This document shows positions 19,243-32,408 of a stretch of 64,000 nt of DNA, piece by piece. Origin of the DNA: Chrysemys picta bellii (taxonomy: Eukaryota). Under the pieces are notes generated by a model. The model had not been told where the DNA came from. It was given only the letters and a program-made list of their open reading frames with translations, and searched no databases. The stretch lies in assembly GCF_011386835.1 (NCBI RefSeq), contig NC_088814.1, positions 2,294,001 through 2,358,000 of the forward strand, written 5' to 3'. The number at the start of each line of letters is the position of its first letter. The stretch's first letter is position 1. The position numbers were made by a program, and so were the translations under genes.

Positions 19243-19525
19243 GAAACATAGAAACACTCTGGGTGAAGTAAAGTGTTTCTAGTGGAATGTGACAAAAGCA
19301 TAAACACATCAAGGAGAAAAATGATGATTCTGGAAGTTGGCTCAGACTTTAAGGGTGATGAAAACCCTGGAGAATGTAAGAGAGAAAAAAGGACCTTGCA
19401 GTGGCAACGCCCCCTGTTGTGGGTATAAAAGGAGCTCAGAGTCAGGGAAGTTAGCAGCACTCTCCTTCTTTCATAGCTGTGCTGGGTGACTCTCTTGGGC
19501 TTTAGATCCTCAATTACCTTTCACC
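19243..19525 (+). promoter_or_regulatory. Promoter and 5'UTR of keratin gene 2
   Basis: TATAAAA at 19424-19430; CACCATG at 19526; near copy of the gene 1 promoter. Confidence 0.8.
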
Positions 19526-22500
19526 ATGACCACCAGCGTCAGGCAATATTCCTCGTCTACATCCCTAAAGGGGTTAGGTGGATTAGGTGGATTAGGAGGT
19601 GGCTCCACACGGGTTTCCTCAGTGCATCTTGGAGGTCCCTACAGAGCCCCAAGTATCCATGGGGGATCTGGTGGCTTTTCTGTCTCCTCTTCTAGGTATG
19701 TCTCTGGAGTAGGAAGTAGCCTGGGTGGTGGCTATGGGGGAAGCTACAGTAGTAGCTTTGGAGGTGGCTATGGGGGTGGCCTTGGAGGTGGCTATGGGGG
19801 TGGCCTTGGTGGTGGCCTTGGAGGCGGCTTTGGAGGTGGCTATGGGGGTGGCTTTGGAGGTGGCTTTGGCGGTGGTGATGGCATTCTCCCTGCGGGTGAG
19901 AAGGAAACTATGCAGAACCTGAACGACCGCCTGGCTACCTACCTGGACAAGGTGCGTGCTCTGGAGGAGGCCAATTCCGATCTGGAGATTAAGATCAAGG
20001 AGTGGTATAAGAAGCAGGGACCCAGTCCTGACCGTGACTACAGCCCATATTACAGGACAATTGAAGACTTGAGGAGCAAGGTATGACACTATTGTTAAAA
20101 AAGTCTGATGTCTCTTGTCTGATTTTCTTTATTACAGATTGCCTTGTGTCTAAAAACTGATTACCGAGGGATTAACTGATTACAGGTAACAGGTATAGTA
20201 AGGGCTTCATAGCAATCCTGTGCCCAGACACAAATGAAGGAGATTTAGCAATTTAGGGCTTGTCTACACTGGCACTTTATAGCGCTGCAACTTTCTCACT
20301 CAGGGGAGTGGAAACCCCCGCCCCCCCGAGCACTGCAAGTTTCAGTGCTGTAAAGTGCCAGTGTAGACAGTGCACCAGCGCTGGGCGCTGTCCCCCTCGT
20401 GGAGGTGGGTTTTTATAGTGCTGGGAGAGCTCTTTCCCAGTGCTGGTGCCGCAGCAGCGCTTTCACGTTGCTAGTGAAGACGTGCCCTTACACTCACCCG
20501 TGATTTAATGATATTCCTTCAGAAGGAGCAAAACTGCATTTCCTGTTAAATGATTTCTAATAGGGAAACAGACTTCGGGGCAGGAAAGGAGCAGCAGAAG
20601 CCTACTGGTTCATGTTGATTAGCTGTTCTGTCTTGGGTGCTGCAGCAAGATTAGAAGGAAGCAGGCTGCAGCAGCAATACGGCTGGCAGGATTATACACA
20701 AATGGCTAAGTACCGGATATTACTTACGCTCCAAATATGTGCTGCTTCTGCCAGATGTTTAGCCCATCAGAAGGCTGTGAGCTCTCAGGGCAGGGACGTG
20801 TTATCTGTTTGGCACCATTCACTTTGTGAGCACACGGATGCTAAGATAGTCATAATGATTATAATAATCACTTCTAGCCTGTTACTAGGCTGAATGTAGA
20901 GATTAAAAAAGAGACCAAATCAAATGATAACAAGGATGTGGGACCTTTGCAATTCCGGAATGGCTGACACAAGACCTAACATTTTCCATATGCTCAAAAC
21001 TAGGAGGATTCAGAACAACTTGGGCCTGATTCTCTTCTCTCTTACACCAGTGTAGGTCAGGAGTAACTTCACTCAAGTCACTGAGAGCGGAACCAGTCCT
21101 GTCGTCTTCATTCTAATTCATTTTTGTGTCTCAGCATTTGCACAGTAAGGTCTCATGAAAAGGCCCGAGGGATGGCCTCACTGCAGCACCAACGTTCATG
21201 CCACTCACTGGTTACTTGTGTCGTCTGCTTTCATTTTATTTTACGTTCCTTTCAGTAGGTTAGGTTGTGACATCCTTACTCAGTCCTCACTCAGACAAAA
21301 CTCATTGAACGTAGAGTCATTGGGGGTCATGGGGAGTGTCTCCTGAGTAAGGATGCAGTCACAAATGCAACATTTGTCTTGCTGTCACTATTTTCTCCTT
21401 ACAAAGCATCAGCAGTGAATGTTAGCAAAATATCCGGTGTGCAGAAAGTGAGACTCTCAGTGAGGCAGGTGAATCAGACTTTGAGCTAATAAAACTCCCA
21501 TGATATTTTCTTTTCTTCATTTTGGCTCCACTTTGCTAACTTTACTTAGAGTCCCAGGTTTGGTTTTCCTCTCCCTGGAGCTTCGGGATAGGTTCTAAAG
21601 GGAGCTCAGACACAGTGAGATTTTCTGCTCAGAGAATTCCACTCAGCTTCTGCCCCTTCCTCGTGCATGAGAGTGTGACTGACAGCAACGAAAGTCCTGG
21701 AGCAAGACGAGAATCAATGATTATTGTTACTTATTATTTGTATTACTGTTGTGCTAGGAGCCTTGGCCACAGAGAGTCAAACCCACGCCCAGCCTGAAAA
21801 CTGCTTCACGGAGGTTTTTGAAGTGAATCAGAACTGAAAACCTCTCAGATGCATTGAACCCGAACTGACCCCCAAACCAGTGACTGGTTTAAAACAACAG
21901 GTTCAGTGATGAGGTGCTGAGAGATGGTCTTTGGGAGTGCTGAGGAAGGGTCTCTCTCTGCTCCCACCCTAGAGAGAGAGAGAGGCAGGGACCACACTTC
22001 CCAGGAAGCCATTGGAGGAGATGACACTAGAGGGAGGCAGGAGAAAAGCATTCTGGGACTGGTAGTTCTCCTGTCTGGTATGCCCAAGGAGAGGACTATC
22101 CATGGAAGGCAACTACGACTCCCAGAACACCTCCCTCCCCTCTCTGTCCCCTCCAGTTTCTTGCTGAGTGCATGTTCCTTCGTGCTACAGAAGTCAGCGT
22201 AGAAAGGGCATTTTCTGGGCTGAATTTCATTTTGTCACCTCAGTGATCAAATATGACGGACAGAGTTCTGGAGGATGTTGTACTAGGGTGTGCAAATTAT
22301 TTGTTTAAAAATATTTTTTTACAGTGAAAGAAATATTTATCATTGTACTCTTTTGCTAGGAGTTACAGTGCAAGCATAAGAGTGTGAGACATTAATCTGC
22401 TAGCAATGTATTTGAACTGGTTCATACTGTTTAAGTGGTTGAATTGGTCATTGATCCATCACTCAAAGTTAGTGTCAGAACTGAACAGTTAGGAAGTACT

Positions 22501-25500
22501 GATGAACCTGAACTGGAACTGCACCCAAATTGTAATGGTTTGACTCCCTGCTCAGCCATTGACCAGGACCCGATTGTACATAGGCGGTGTACAAACACAG
22601 AACGTAAAGAGAGTTCCTGCCCCAGAGAGATACAATCTAAGTATAAGACAAGAGATAACAGGTGGATACAGACAGACCAATGGGGGATTACAAGGAAACA
22701 ATGAGACAATATTGGTCAGCATGACGTGCAGTGGCCTCGGCACACCAACAGTCTAACCATTTTATACAGGCTTTATCATATTAGATCTGACCGGTGGTCA
22801 ATCGAGTCTCATATGCTGCTTTCTGTATGACCAATACGTGATGATTCAGAGGAAGGCAAGCCTGCCCCCTCCATAATACAAACAACGCTGTAGGTGAGGA
22901 GGAAAATCTTTCCTGACCTCTGTAAGTTACTGTCATATGACCTGAAGCATGAGATCTGAGCACCCTTACCTTAGCATGTAGCTGCAAACATTATTACTCT
23001 TTAAATTATCCAGCTCTTTTAAAAATCCAGCTAAAATATTTGAAGTTGAAGGAGGAATTATATGGGATAAGATACGGCTTGCTCACTACCTTTCTTCCAA
23101 ATGAGCACAGTTCCCAAAATGGATACCCAGAGTGTTATAGGCATGCAGATGATACAGAGATAGGTACAAAATAAGTATCTAGAGAGACAGATATAGGGTG
23201 CCTGATTCTCATTTTATACCATGCTGGCCACGTAAATTATATTTACACACACTTTGGGGCCTGTTTACATGACTAGAGCAGTGCAAAGGGCCCTTAGTGC
23301 ATATGAGAATTTGGTCCATACCAGCTTGTCTCATATCTCCACGGTACAGTTATGCAAATTCTACCATATAGGAGCAGAAGGCCAGTGCTGCTCCTGGCCC
23401 TTCTCCGAAGCATTAATTTCTGTTTGCATCCCTCAATTAATCAGCAATATGCAATTTTTGAAACTTCTTTTTCAATCCCTCTTATCCCCTCTTTTCTCTT
23501 CCCCAGATCCTTGCTGCCACTATCGACAATGCCAACATTGTCTTACAGATTGACAATGCCAGGCTGGCAGCTGATGACTTCAGAACCAAGTAAGTCCAGG
23601 GCTCCTTGGAGCTCTGATGAGAAGGGAAATGCGTAAAAAAGCCATTCTGCTTGAGGATCTCTGTTGTTTATTGCAGTTGAAGATGCTTCCCATGTTCCTA
23701 TGTTAGGTGGTGCCTGGAAAAGGGAATGGGGGAGCCTGTGTCAAGTGTGACCTTCATTTTAGCTTTCATGAATTCGGAAGAAACTTTTGAAACACTGAAG
23801 GAAACTCTGTTAGCAAAAATGCCATTCAAAAATACATGAAACTTGGGGAGGAAAAGGGAGTGAAAAATGGGTATCAGCTGAATGTGCCTGAGTTTTTGAC
23901 CTTTTTTACACTTCAAGGTTTGAGACGGAGCTGGCCCTGCGCATGAGTGTGGAGGCTGACATCAACGGCCTGCGGAGAGTGCTGGATGAGCTGACCCTGG
24001 CCAGAGCTGACCTGGAGATGCAGATCGAAAACCTGAAGGAGGAGCTGGCTTACCTCAAGAAAAACCATGAGGAGGTGAGGACAAAACAAGGCACCAAAGC
24101 GGGACCTATAAATTGTAGCTAATGCACAATGGAATCTGCACAGGCCAATCAGTAGGAACAGTTCCGAGTTTTGCAGTTGTTGGGAAGGGATATGAGCAGG
24201 TAAAGAATAATAGAGTCTGAACATCTATTCTGTAGGTACCAGGTAAGTTACATCCACCGCTTACAATTCAGGTAGTTTCTACTGGAGCCAAGTCATTGGC
24301 TATAGGAACAGAACCTTACGTTGGCTGCTAGGTTGAGAAGCCACCTGATGCTTGGGATTTTATTAGCCAAACAGAAACAATTGAAACCCCCACAGGAGTT
24401 TTTTTAGGTCTCTATGCAGGATGCAAGTGGGAAAAACCTCAGATGCACTGCAGTGGGTCTGTATAGTTAAGATGCTGATGAACATAGCGTGTCTCTCTTG
24501 TCACAGGAAATGAATATACTACGAAGCCAGCTGGGTGGAGAGATCACTGTGGAGATGGACGCCGCTCCTGGGGTTGACCTGACCAAGATCCTGGCTGACA
24601 TGAGAGAGCAGTATGAGAGCTTGGCAGAGAAGAACCGTAAAGAGGCCGAGCAGTGGTTCTTCACCAAGGTACACAATGCCTGAATGAGGAGAAGCACTTT
24701 CCTGACACTTACGGGTGGGGGCAAATCTTTACACACATCATTCGTGCAGTAACTAGATTGTTTTCCCTTGTTCCAGACGGAAGAGCTGAACCGAGAAGTA
24801 GCCATGAACACGGAACAGTTGCAGAGCGGCAAGTCGGAGATCACGGAACTAAGACGCACCGTCCAGGGCCTGGAGATAGAGCTGCAGTCCCAGCTCAGCA
24901 TGGTACGTGCCACTGGCTTCCCAGGGAGACACACACATGGGGAGGCACAGAGATGAGTGACCCCCTCACTGAATTCTTTCCCCTCTACTCTGCATTCCCA
25001 GAAAGCTGCTCTGGAAGGCACCTTGGCTGAGACAGAATCCCGCTATGGCGCCCAGTTGGCACAGCTCCAGGGCCTGATCACTAGCGTGGAGGAGCAGCTG
25101 GCCGAGCTCCGATGCGACATGGAGCGCCAGAACCATGAGTACAAGATTCTCGTGGACGTCAAGACGCGCCTGGAGCAAGAGATTGCCACGTACCGCCGCC
25201 TGCTGGAGGGCGAGGATACCCAGTACGTAAAGGGAGTCGATTAGATAGAGTGCCATGGGGCGGGGCCGGCTAATAATGACACAGCTAAACAGCTGAATAA
25301 CCTGTGTCCCTAGAGGCTCATTTTGAAATAAGTAGTCAAGATTCATCGATATGAAGGCCAATAAGTGATGGCTCAATGGCTTATCCCCTGTTACTATCCT
25401 CAGTGAGAACCCTGTCCTGGGAGGTATTCATTCTCTGAACTCTGGAGTGCTCCCTTTGCAGTACTGTGGTTAGAGCATGGGACTGGGAATTAGAAGAACT

Positions 25501-26779
25501 GGTTTCTTTTTTGGGCTCTGGTGCCAACTCATTGAGCAAGCTTAATAGATAATTGACTTCTCTAGCCCTTAGCTTTCCCATCTGTAAACATTATTATTGT
25601 GCCTCATAGGAGGGCTGACAGTTATTTGACAGATCTGTAAAGCGATGTGAGATGCTTTGATCTTTTTGAAAGGGTTTTCTCCTCGTGTTATAATACTGGA
25701 CAATTTCAGGGAGACTCAGGTTGTTGCAGAAAGTGAAAAGCAAGGTCAAGTCAGAACAAATATTGTCAGGTGTCGTTCTAAATAATTAATTCACATTTTG
25801 GGGGGTCTGTGATTTTTTATCATCTGTGACCTTGCTGCCTCCCCTCCACCACTGAATACAGACTGTGGGATCCCGAAGACGTGTTCATGTTTCTAATTTG
25901 CCCTTATTATTTTTCCCCTTGTAGCATTGCTTCCCAGTACTCGGCAGCGCTGTCCTCGCAGTCTGGGAGAGATGGTAAGGATGTACCTTATCTGAAGTGT
26001 AACTCGGTCACATCTGTAACAAGCGGCTTTGCAGAGTACAAGCTAATCAGTTTACAAATTGTGCAATCTGATTACTAACAAAGTATTGTCTGTGGAGAAC
26101 GGGTGGAGGGGACAGGAATAGAAAATCCCCAAATGACCATTGCCCTTAGAAGCAGAAAAGACGTGGGGTAAAGGGACCTTCTAACTGAGTTGTCAGGGAG
26201 AGCTGTATGAAACCCATTGCTTTGGGTTCATGGAGAAAAGGGAGGTTGGCACGGGAGCAGCAGATTATGTTCGCGTGAGTTCAATCTTGTCTTAAATTAT
26301 TTTGAATTCTGTGTTTGGAGAAATCTGAAAAATCAAATAATACTTAAACCTTCAAATGGTCACCTAATTTTGTTTAGTTGGGATCGAGTGTGAAAATCCA
26401 TCACTGGTATCTGGAGATGGAGGTATTGGCTCAAATAGCTCAGTCTTCACTTTAAAGGTCTACAAATCGGGGTGAACTTTTCTATGAATCCAGGCTGAGA
26501 TTTTGCTTTCTCTTGACTTGTTTAGGTGATTTATACAAGTTAACTGTTGGAATCACATTTTTTCTTTCTCCCCTCAGCCAATGAAGGATTGTTTGAAACA
26601 GTATATTCAAGATGCCTAGGGAACATACATAGTATTTTCTCTATGCTCCAAATAACTGTTTTTCTCTCTTCTTCTTTGAAGTAATCTCATCCACTCGTCA
26701 AGTCCGCACGATTGTTGAGGAGGTCCAAGATGGAAAGGTGGTCTCTTCCCGTGAGCAGGTGCAGCTTTCCACCCGCTAA
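19526..26779 (+). CDS. KRT14-like: Type I keratin gene 2, KRT14/KRT17-like, 483 aa, 8 exons: join(19526..20080,23507..23589,23918..24074,24507..24668,24777..24902,25002..25222,25925..25974,26682..26779)
   Basis: Same motifs and exon sizes as gene 1; exon 7 is 50 nt; tail ends [29 protein letters not shown]. All junctions are GT-AG and in frame. Confidence 0.95.
20256..20487. mobile_element. PIF/Harbinger-type MITE in gene 2 intron 1
   Basis: TIRs GGGCTTGTCTACACT / AGTGAAGACGTGCCC; 3-bp TSD TTA. Confidence 0.8.
22555..22800. mobile_element. Old LINE2/SINE-like interspersed repeat
   Basis: Similar to 38250-38400 and 53650-53790 (TGTACAAACACAGAAC...GGATACAGACAGACCAATG). Family is tentative. 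Confidence 0.5.
25465..25660 (+). mobile_element. MIR/CORE-SINE relic in gene 2 intron 6
   Basis: GTGGTTAGAGCATGGGACTGGGA head and CCCATCTGTAAA core; a weaker MIR-like relic lies in gene 1 intron 6 (~12600-12750). Confidence 0.55.
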
Positions 26780-26971
26780 CAGTACAGAGCACTCTATGGA
26801 TTCCAGTCCCAAGGCTTGAGCTGCTCAGAAACAATTCACTGAATGACCAGGCGCTGTATCTGACTGGGCCATGGGGAATACTCAGCTCAGTTTGTGCATT
26901 CTTTCCCTTCTCAGTGTCTTGCATTCTCCTTCACCCGTCTTTGAGTGCCGCACTGAAGTCTGCAAATGTCT

Positions 26972-26977
26972 AATAAA
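26972..26977 (+). terminator. Polyadenylation signal of gene 2
   Basis: AATAAA ~190 nt after the stop codon. Confidence 0.8.
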
Positions 26978-28449
26978 CCTTTTCTTCTCATTCATGCAAA
27001 ATGGAATCTTGTCTCTGTCATTCTAAAGGCCTGAGGCAGGGGCCCTCTCAAACCCTTGGCGGGATGTACCAAGAGTCACCCATGGGCAGCCAGAAGATGG
27101 CGTTGTTCTGAGGTTGAATGAAGGAAGAGAGCAAGAGGGATAGGTTTCCCAAATGCAGCATAAAGAATCTCCGGGGATGTTTTGTCACTCAGCGGATTGC
27201 TAGGAAATACCTGGGAGTGGCTGAGTGAAGAACTTTATAGGATTTATGGATGGTGGAGGTGACGATTGGGGGATTGTCTTGAGTCTGAACAAAATGTAAC
27301 AGTTTGCAGGAGTGCTCATTAAAGCTAACAATACTGGGCTCAATTCTGTAACCCTTAGTCACACTGGGAAGCACCTACAAAGTTGTATCACTGACTTCAG
27401 TAGGACTAGTATTTTCATAAGTATTACTCGGAGCGAGTTAGGGTTGCAGCATTGAGCCTACTGCAATTTAACTGACCAATCGAGGCATTAAAATATCTGC
27501 AAAAAAGGACTCCGTTCATGAGAGATGGAGGTTTTATTTTTATGAACTGTTCAATTTGAGGAGCTCCCAGTTTCATGACTTGCATAGAGACATCATTTGG
27601 ATATATTTATCAGAAAAGGAAGGAATCGCTCCAAATCCCTCTCTGTACAGAATTCCACTTTATTTCTAAGTCACATTATAAAATTAGAGTAAATTAAATA
27701 TAAAGCTACAAAGCACAAATGTCATTTCAGTTCCTGTTTTCTTACCTAACTTATATGGTAACCACTTTGTTAGGCATATTATATATAAAATGTCCACAGA
27801 ACATTTTGCAGGTGCCTTCACATTACCTTGTGATCACATTTAACAGACAGCAACAAAACCAATACAAGTTTTAGAAGACCTGACCTATGAGGAAAGGTTA
27901 CAAACCTGGGCATGTTTAGTTTTAGGGAAAAAGTAAAAAAGTGACAGAAAAGGGGAACCTCTCAAAAACAATTCAAAACTTTGTTTTGAAACGCTACACA
28001 CTTTCAAAATGAAACAAAATATGTTGAAGTTTTTTTGTTGAAAAATAAGAGTGAAATGTTTTGAATGAAATGTAAACTGATCATTATCTTTACAAATTGT
28101 GAAAAAACAAGATTTTGACCAGAAAGTCTTGTAATTTACCATTGCTATATCTCCACCAGGGACAGTAATAGCAGAGACTGTAGTGTAAACACAGGCATTT
28201 TTATCAGCCATCTAATTCTGCTCGGAGATGGGTTAGATAACCTGATGGTAAAAGTGTACAAGGCTTGTCTACACTACAGTCTCACTATTGAGATCACTAA
28301 TGGAGCTGCAATAATGGTGAGTTATGTGTCCTAAATTTGCCAGTGTAGCTGCAGCATATATTACATTTATTAATTATGGCCAAGGTATTGTTGGCACCAC
28401 AAAGGGCTGAAAATAAATAATCAGGAGCACCTTCGAGCTATTATATATT

Positions 28450-28620
28450 TGTGGTGACAAGATGAGCTTAGCCAAATAGGTCAAACCATACTTCGGAAAG
28501 CCAGGCTCTGCAGGACTGGACACACTCTCCTTGTGGATGACAAGAGGTTGCCAGAGAAAATGCTGAAGAGTGAACTTTTAATGGGTAAAATAGAGCAAAC
28601 ATAGGAAAAGATGGACTGCA
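28450..28620 (+). mobile_element. Degenerate RTE-type LINE ORF2 C-terminal relic
   Basis: Translates as GHTLLVDDKRLPEKMLKSELLMGK, resembling the RTE 'WxGHxxRM..RLPKxILxGEL' motif. Confidence 0.5.
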
Positions 28621-29184
28621 ACACATGGGGAGATACAAGGGAAAACAAATGAATGTGGGGAACTAAAGAACCATGTGACAGATCAAATTTCCAAGTAAGC
28701 TGTATTACATAAGATAGATGGTATTTCTCTAATTGAGAAAGAAGGAGTTAGAGCCCAAATAACAAATGACAACATGCACCATTGAAAAATGTAACATCCC
28801 CATGCTGGCTCCGCATCCCAGAGTGACTAGAACACCCAGGTAGATCTGGAGACATGTAGGAAAGTAATTCTCTTCCCGAGCACAACAGTCAGTGCTGCCC
28901 ACTCCGTTTTGGTTAATCGTCACCCCCAAAAGCACAGTGCTTGTAGAACGCATTGATACCCAGGGAATGCTGCTCTGCTTCCAGGGACAAATTCACAACT
29001 AGCGAAGGCAGGTGTGACTCTGTTGACGTCAGTGGAGATGTGACCAGCACTAGAGATGTGTCAAAGATGAGTCTCACAAAGAAGCTGTTCACTGGCTCCC
29101 AGAGATGGTTTTTACTACTTTTTGCTACAGAAGTGAACTCACCATGTGAGAACCACTAATATTTGCTGTGGGTTCTCTATGCAG

Positions 29185-29300
29185 GAAATGAATTGTCCGA
29201 GAAGCCAGTCAACTGGTGATATCAATGTGGAGGTGAGTTCCTGACCTGGTCCAGATCTGAGGAAAATCCTAGAGATGAGATGCCAATATGAAACTATGAT
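29185..29300 (+). pseudogene. Fossil exon 4 of a Cys-rich type I keratin
   Basis: Acceptor ...CTATGCAG, then [37 protein letters not shown], aligning to gene 3/4 exon 4 ([39 protein letters not shown]). Cys TGT has become TGA at 29242; one codon is deleted; 3' end truncated. Confidence 0.85.
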
Positions 29301-29438
29301 GAAGCCCTGTAGCCAGAATCCAGCTCACTTTCTAGACCTTGGGCTCTCCCCTACTGACAGTACACTCGGTTCTTGTGTCCCCTCTCCTTTTACTTTCACC
29401 CTTCAGCCCCAAGTCACAGGGCATGACCGCATCAAGAC

Positions 29439-30608
29439 TGTGATAGGATCCACGGGGTGCAGCCTGGAACTGTGGGACCACTGTGCCCCCTTAACTCTCC
29501 AGCCTGGGTTGTCTCTCACAATGCCTTGCTAGTGACCAGCAGCAAACCCCTCCAGGTGCTGTTATCACTCAGCACAACTGCATGTGGAGCCCCACACCCA
29601 GCTAGATTGCATGAATGCTCCCAGAGCCACTCATGAATCACACAGAGAAAGGCACCAGCCACATCCCCCCAGCTCCCAGCCTCGTACCTCAGGAATATAC
29701 CATCGTACACTACTCAAGACCCTTTCTTGAGCAATGCACGTTTATTAATTGGTTCACCACTTCATCAATGGAAAGTGGACATACACTAGCCTTTGTAAGC
29801 TGAGCAGATTTACCAAACACATCAGGCAAACTCACTGGTAAAAATAAACAGTAAAGCAAGTTTATTGACTACAAAAGATAGATTTTAAGTGATTATAAGT
29901 GATAGGCAAAAAGTCAGAGATAGTTACCAAAGAAAATAAAATTCTAGCACGCAGTCTAAACCCTAATCCTTAGCATACTAGACAGTATTTAGATCAAGCA
30001 ATGTTCTCACCCCACTGATCTTACAGTCCTTAATATACAGGTTTGTCTCTTCAACCTGGGCCAGTCTCCTCTGTTGGAGTCTTCATTCTTCTGAGCATTC
30101 TTGTTGCTTGCAGCATAGGTGTGGGCAGGAGAAAAGGCCAAGCCTGGGGCCCCTGTGTTCTGTTTTATACCCTCAGTCCATGTGCTTGGAGAACACAAGT
30201 CCAGGCATGTCTGGTGGGCACTGCTGAGTCGCCAGGTGAAGCAATACCCTGGTGTCTCTCCTGTGAGTGAGTCATTGAATTGTAACTCCTCTACTGGACA
30301 ATGGCTGGTGATGTCTGCTCAGCACCCACCCAGGTGTTGGCTACCCCCCTTGTCGTTGTCTCTGGAGAGCTAGTATCTGGGCGCTTCCCAACCCCCCAGC
30401 ATATTTTAGTGAAAACCATACAACACAATTCTTATAATTTCATATGCATTGATGGTACACATATTTAGATAGAACAATGGCTTTCAGCAGATCATAACCT
30501 TTCCCCTGATACCTCACATGGCCTGCTTTAGCTGCAAGATCACAATTTTGTATATAACTGAGGAATATGGGGGTTACAAGGTGTGCCCCCGAGGTATAGA
30601 GTGTCACA
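29439..30608. mobile_element. Solo LTR (~1.17 kb)
   Basis: TG...CA ends with short inverted termini TGTGAT.../...TGTCACA; 5-bp TSD AAGAC/GAGAC (one mismatch); no internal ORFs. Confidence 0.75.
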
Positions 30609-31241
30609 GAGACCATTGTTCTCAACACTGACCACAGGTTAGTTCAGTGGCGCTAACCACTCTCTCAGCCGCCTGCTCTGCGACTCAAGGAATTACTCAA
30701 AAAGGTAAATTATAACCAGAATCCTCAGGAGTTGCCTGCTTTGTGAGTCTGGGTTCAGACAAGAGACAGTGTTTAAGCCACACAATATCCTCAGCGACGG
30801 TCTGGGTGTGCTTGTGTAGCCAGCCCTTTGGCAAGACTCTATTATTAACCTTCTCTGTGGAGAGCTCTGTATCCAGTTCATCTCTAACAGTAACTGGTCC
30901 CATGCATTTCACTAGTGCTTTGGTCAGAGCTATGGTGATACAGCACCCCGCGCTAAGTGTGCAAAACGCTTTACAGAAAGAACAGAAGACACAGTCCTTG
31001 CCCCAACGAGTTTCTAATCTAAATTGGACAGAGGAAGTGATGACAACAGGCAAAGATGACAGGAGGGAAGGGATGAAGGAGGGTTACGAAAAGGAGAGAA
31101 GACGTGATTCATGTTATGTGGGGAACGCCATTTCTAAGCTTAAATTTTGTTTCTTTTCTCACTTTTCCTACATGAACAATGTAGAGCAAGAGAAGACAAG
31201 CAGGTGATTGAGAGGCTCAGGCTTAGGCTGAAAGTCATGAG

Positions 31242-31722
31242 TAAGACGAAGATTTTGTCACGGTTATTTTTAGTAAAAGTCATGGACAGGTCACGGGCAA
31301 TAAACACAAATTCACGGAATCCGTGACCTGTCTGTGACTTCTGCTGCTGCGGCTCTCTGGTTTCCCCCACCACCGTGGTGGCTGGGAGCTGTGGGGTTCC
31401 CCCTCCGCCCATGGTAGCTGGGAGCAGCAGGGAGCATATTTCCCAAAGAGAAAATGGGACACCCCAGCCGCTCGCCCAAGGTATCCCCCTCCCCCCGTGC
31501 GAGGCTGTCGCCTGTCACAGGAACCCTGAGGAGGGCCCCCTCAGGAGTCTGTCACCTGTCGCTGGCACTTTGCAGGGGGCCCTGTCGCTTGTCCCTGCTG
31601 CCACTGCCTGCCAGCTCCAGAGCCCTGCAGCCCCTGGGGCTGAAGCAGAGAATGGCACCGAGGTCTCTGGACGTCCCGGATTCCGTCACTTCCATGACCT
31701 CCATGACCTAAATGTAGCCTTA
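31242..31722. mobile_element. Non-autonomous hAT element, unit A only
   Basis: Imperfect TIRs TAAGACGAAGATTTTGTCACGG / CCATGACCTAAATGTAGCCTTA; TSD GTCATGAG/GTCATG-G; empty site at ~47040. Confidence 0.8.
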
Positions 31723-32091
31723 GTCATGGTTGTGAAGAGGAATTTAAAGGGGGAGTGAAGCTGTTTGGTGCGCGGCGAGACGGGGAGGCTGTTCCAAGAG
31801 TAGGAGGCAGCATGAGCAAAGGCACTAAGATGCAAGTAGGAGAAGACAAAGAGAACAACAAGGAAGGAGTGTGGGCAGCGCATAAGGAAGGAGTCTCCAG
31901 GCTCAGTGCAGAATGGATCTTGGGAAGCCGTCAGCATTGATGCCAACAGTTGTGGTTATAATGAATTGTGCTCCCATTGGGAGGCAGAATCAGCCGCCCA
32001 TTCATGGGGGAGCAGAAATGAACGCGGATTAAAAAGAAATCTCTGTAGGGACAAATGAACAGATGCTACAAGGTGTGAATGAGGAGACTGA

Positions 32092-32408
32092 GGTTATGGC
32101 TACACTAGAGCCTTTACAACAGTGCAGCTGGAGCAATGCAGCTGCGCTGCTGTAAGCTCTGTAATGTAACTGCTCTAAGTTGACGGGAGAGAACCCTCCT
32201 GTCAGCTTAACGACTCCAGCCCCACCAGCGGCGGCACTAGCTCTGTCAGCGGGAGAAGCTCTCCTGACAACTGTCTAATCTATCTAGCAATCTGCATGTC
32301 AACACTGGCAGTTAGGTTGGTGTAACTTACATCGTTCAGAGGGGTGCCTTTTTCACATCCCAGAGCTACATAAGTTAAACCGACGTAAGTGCTAGTGTAG
32401 ACATAGAC
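32092..32408. mobile_element. PIF/Harbinger-type MITE, unit A only
   Basis: TIRs GGTTATGGCTACACTAG / CTAGTGTAGACATAGAC; TSD TGA; empty site at ~47405. Confidence 0.8.

Noticed and set aside
30743-31207. 154-aa ORF as exon 8 of the keratin relic
   Set aside because: No similarity to keratin tails, it spans the duplication boundary, and it is not preserved in unit B.
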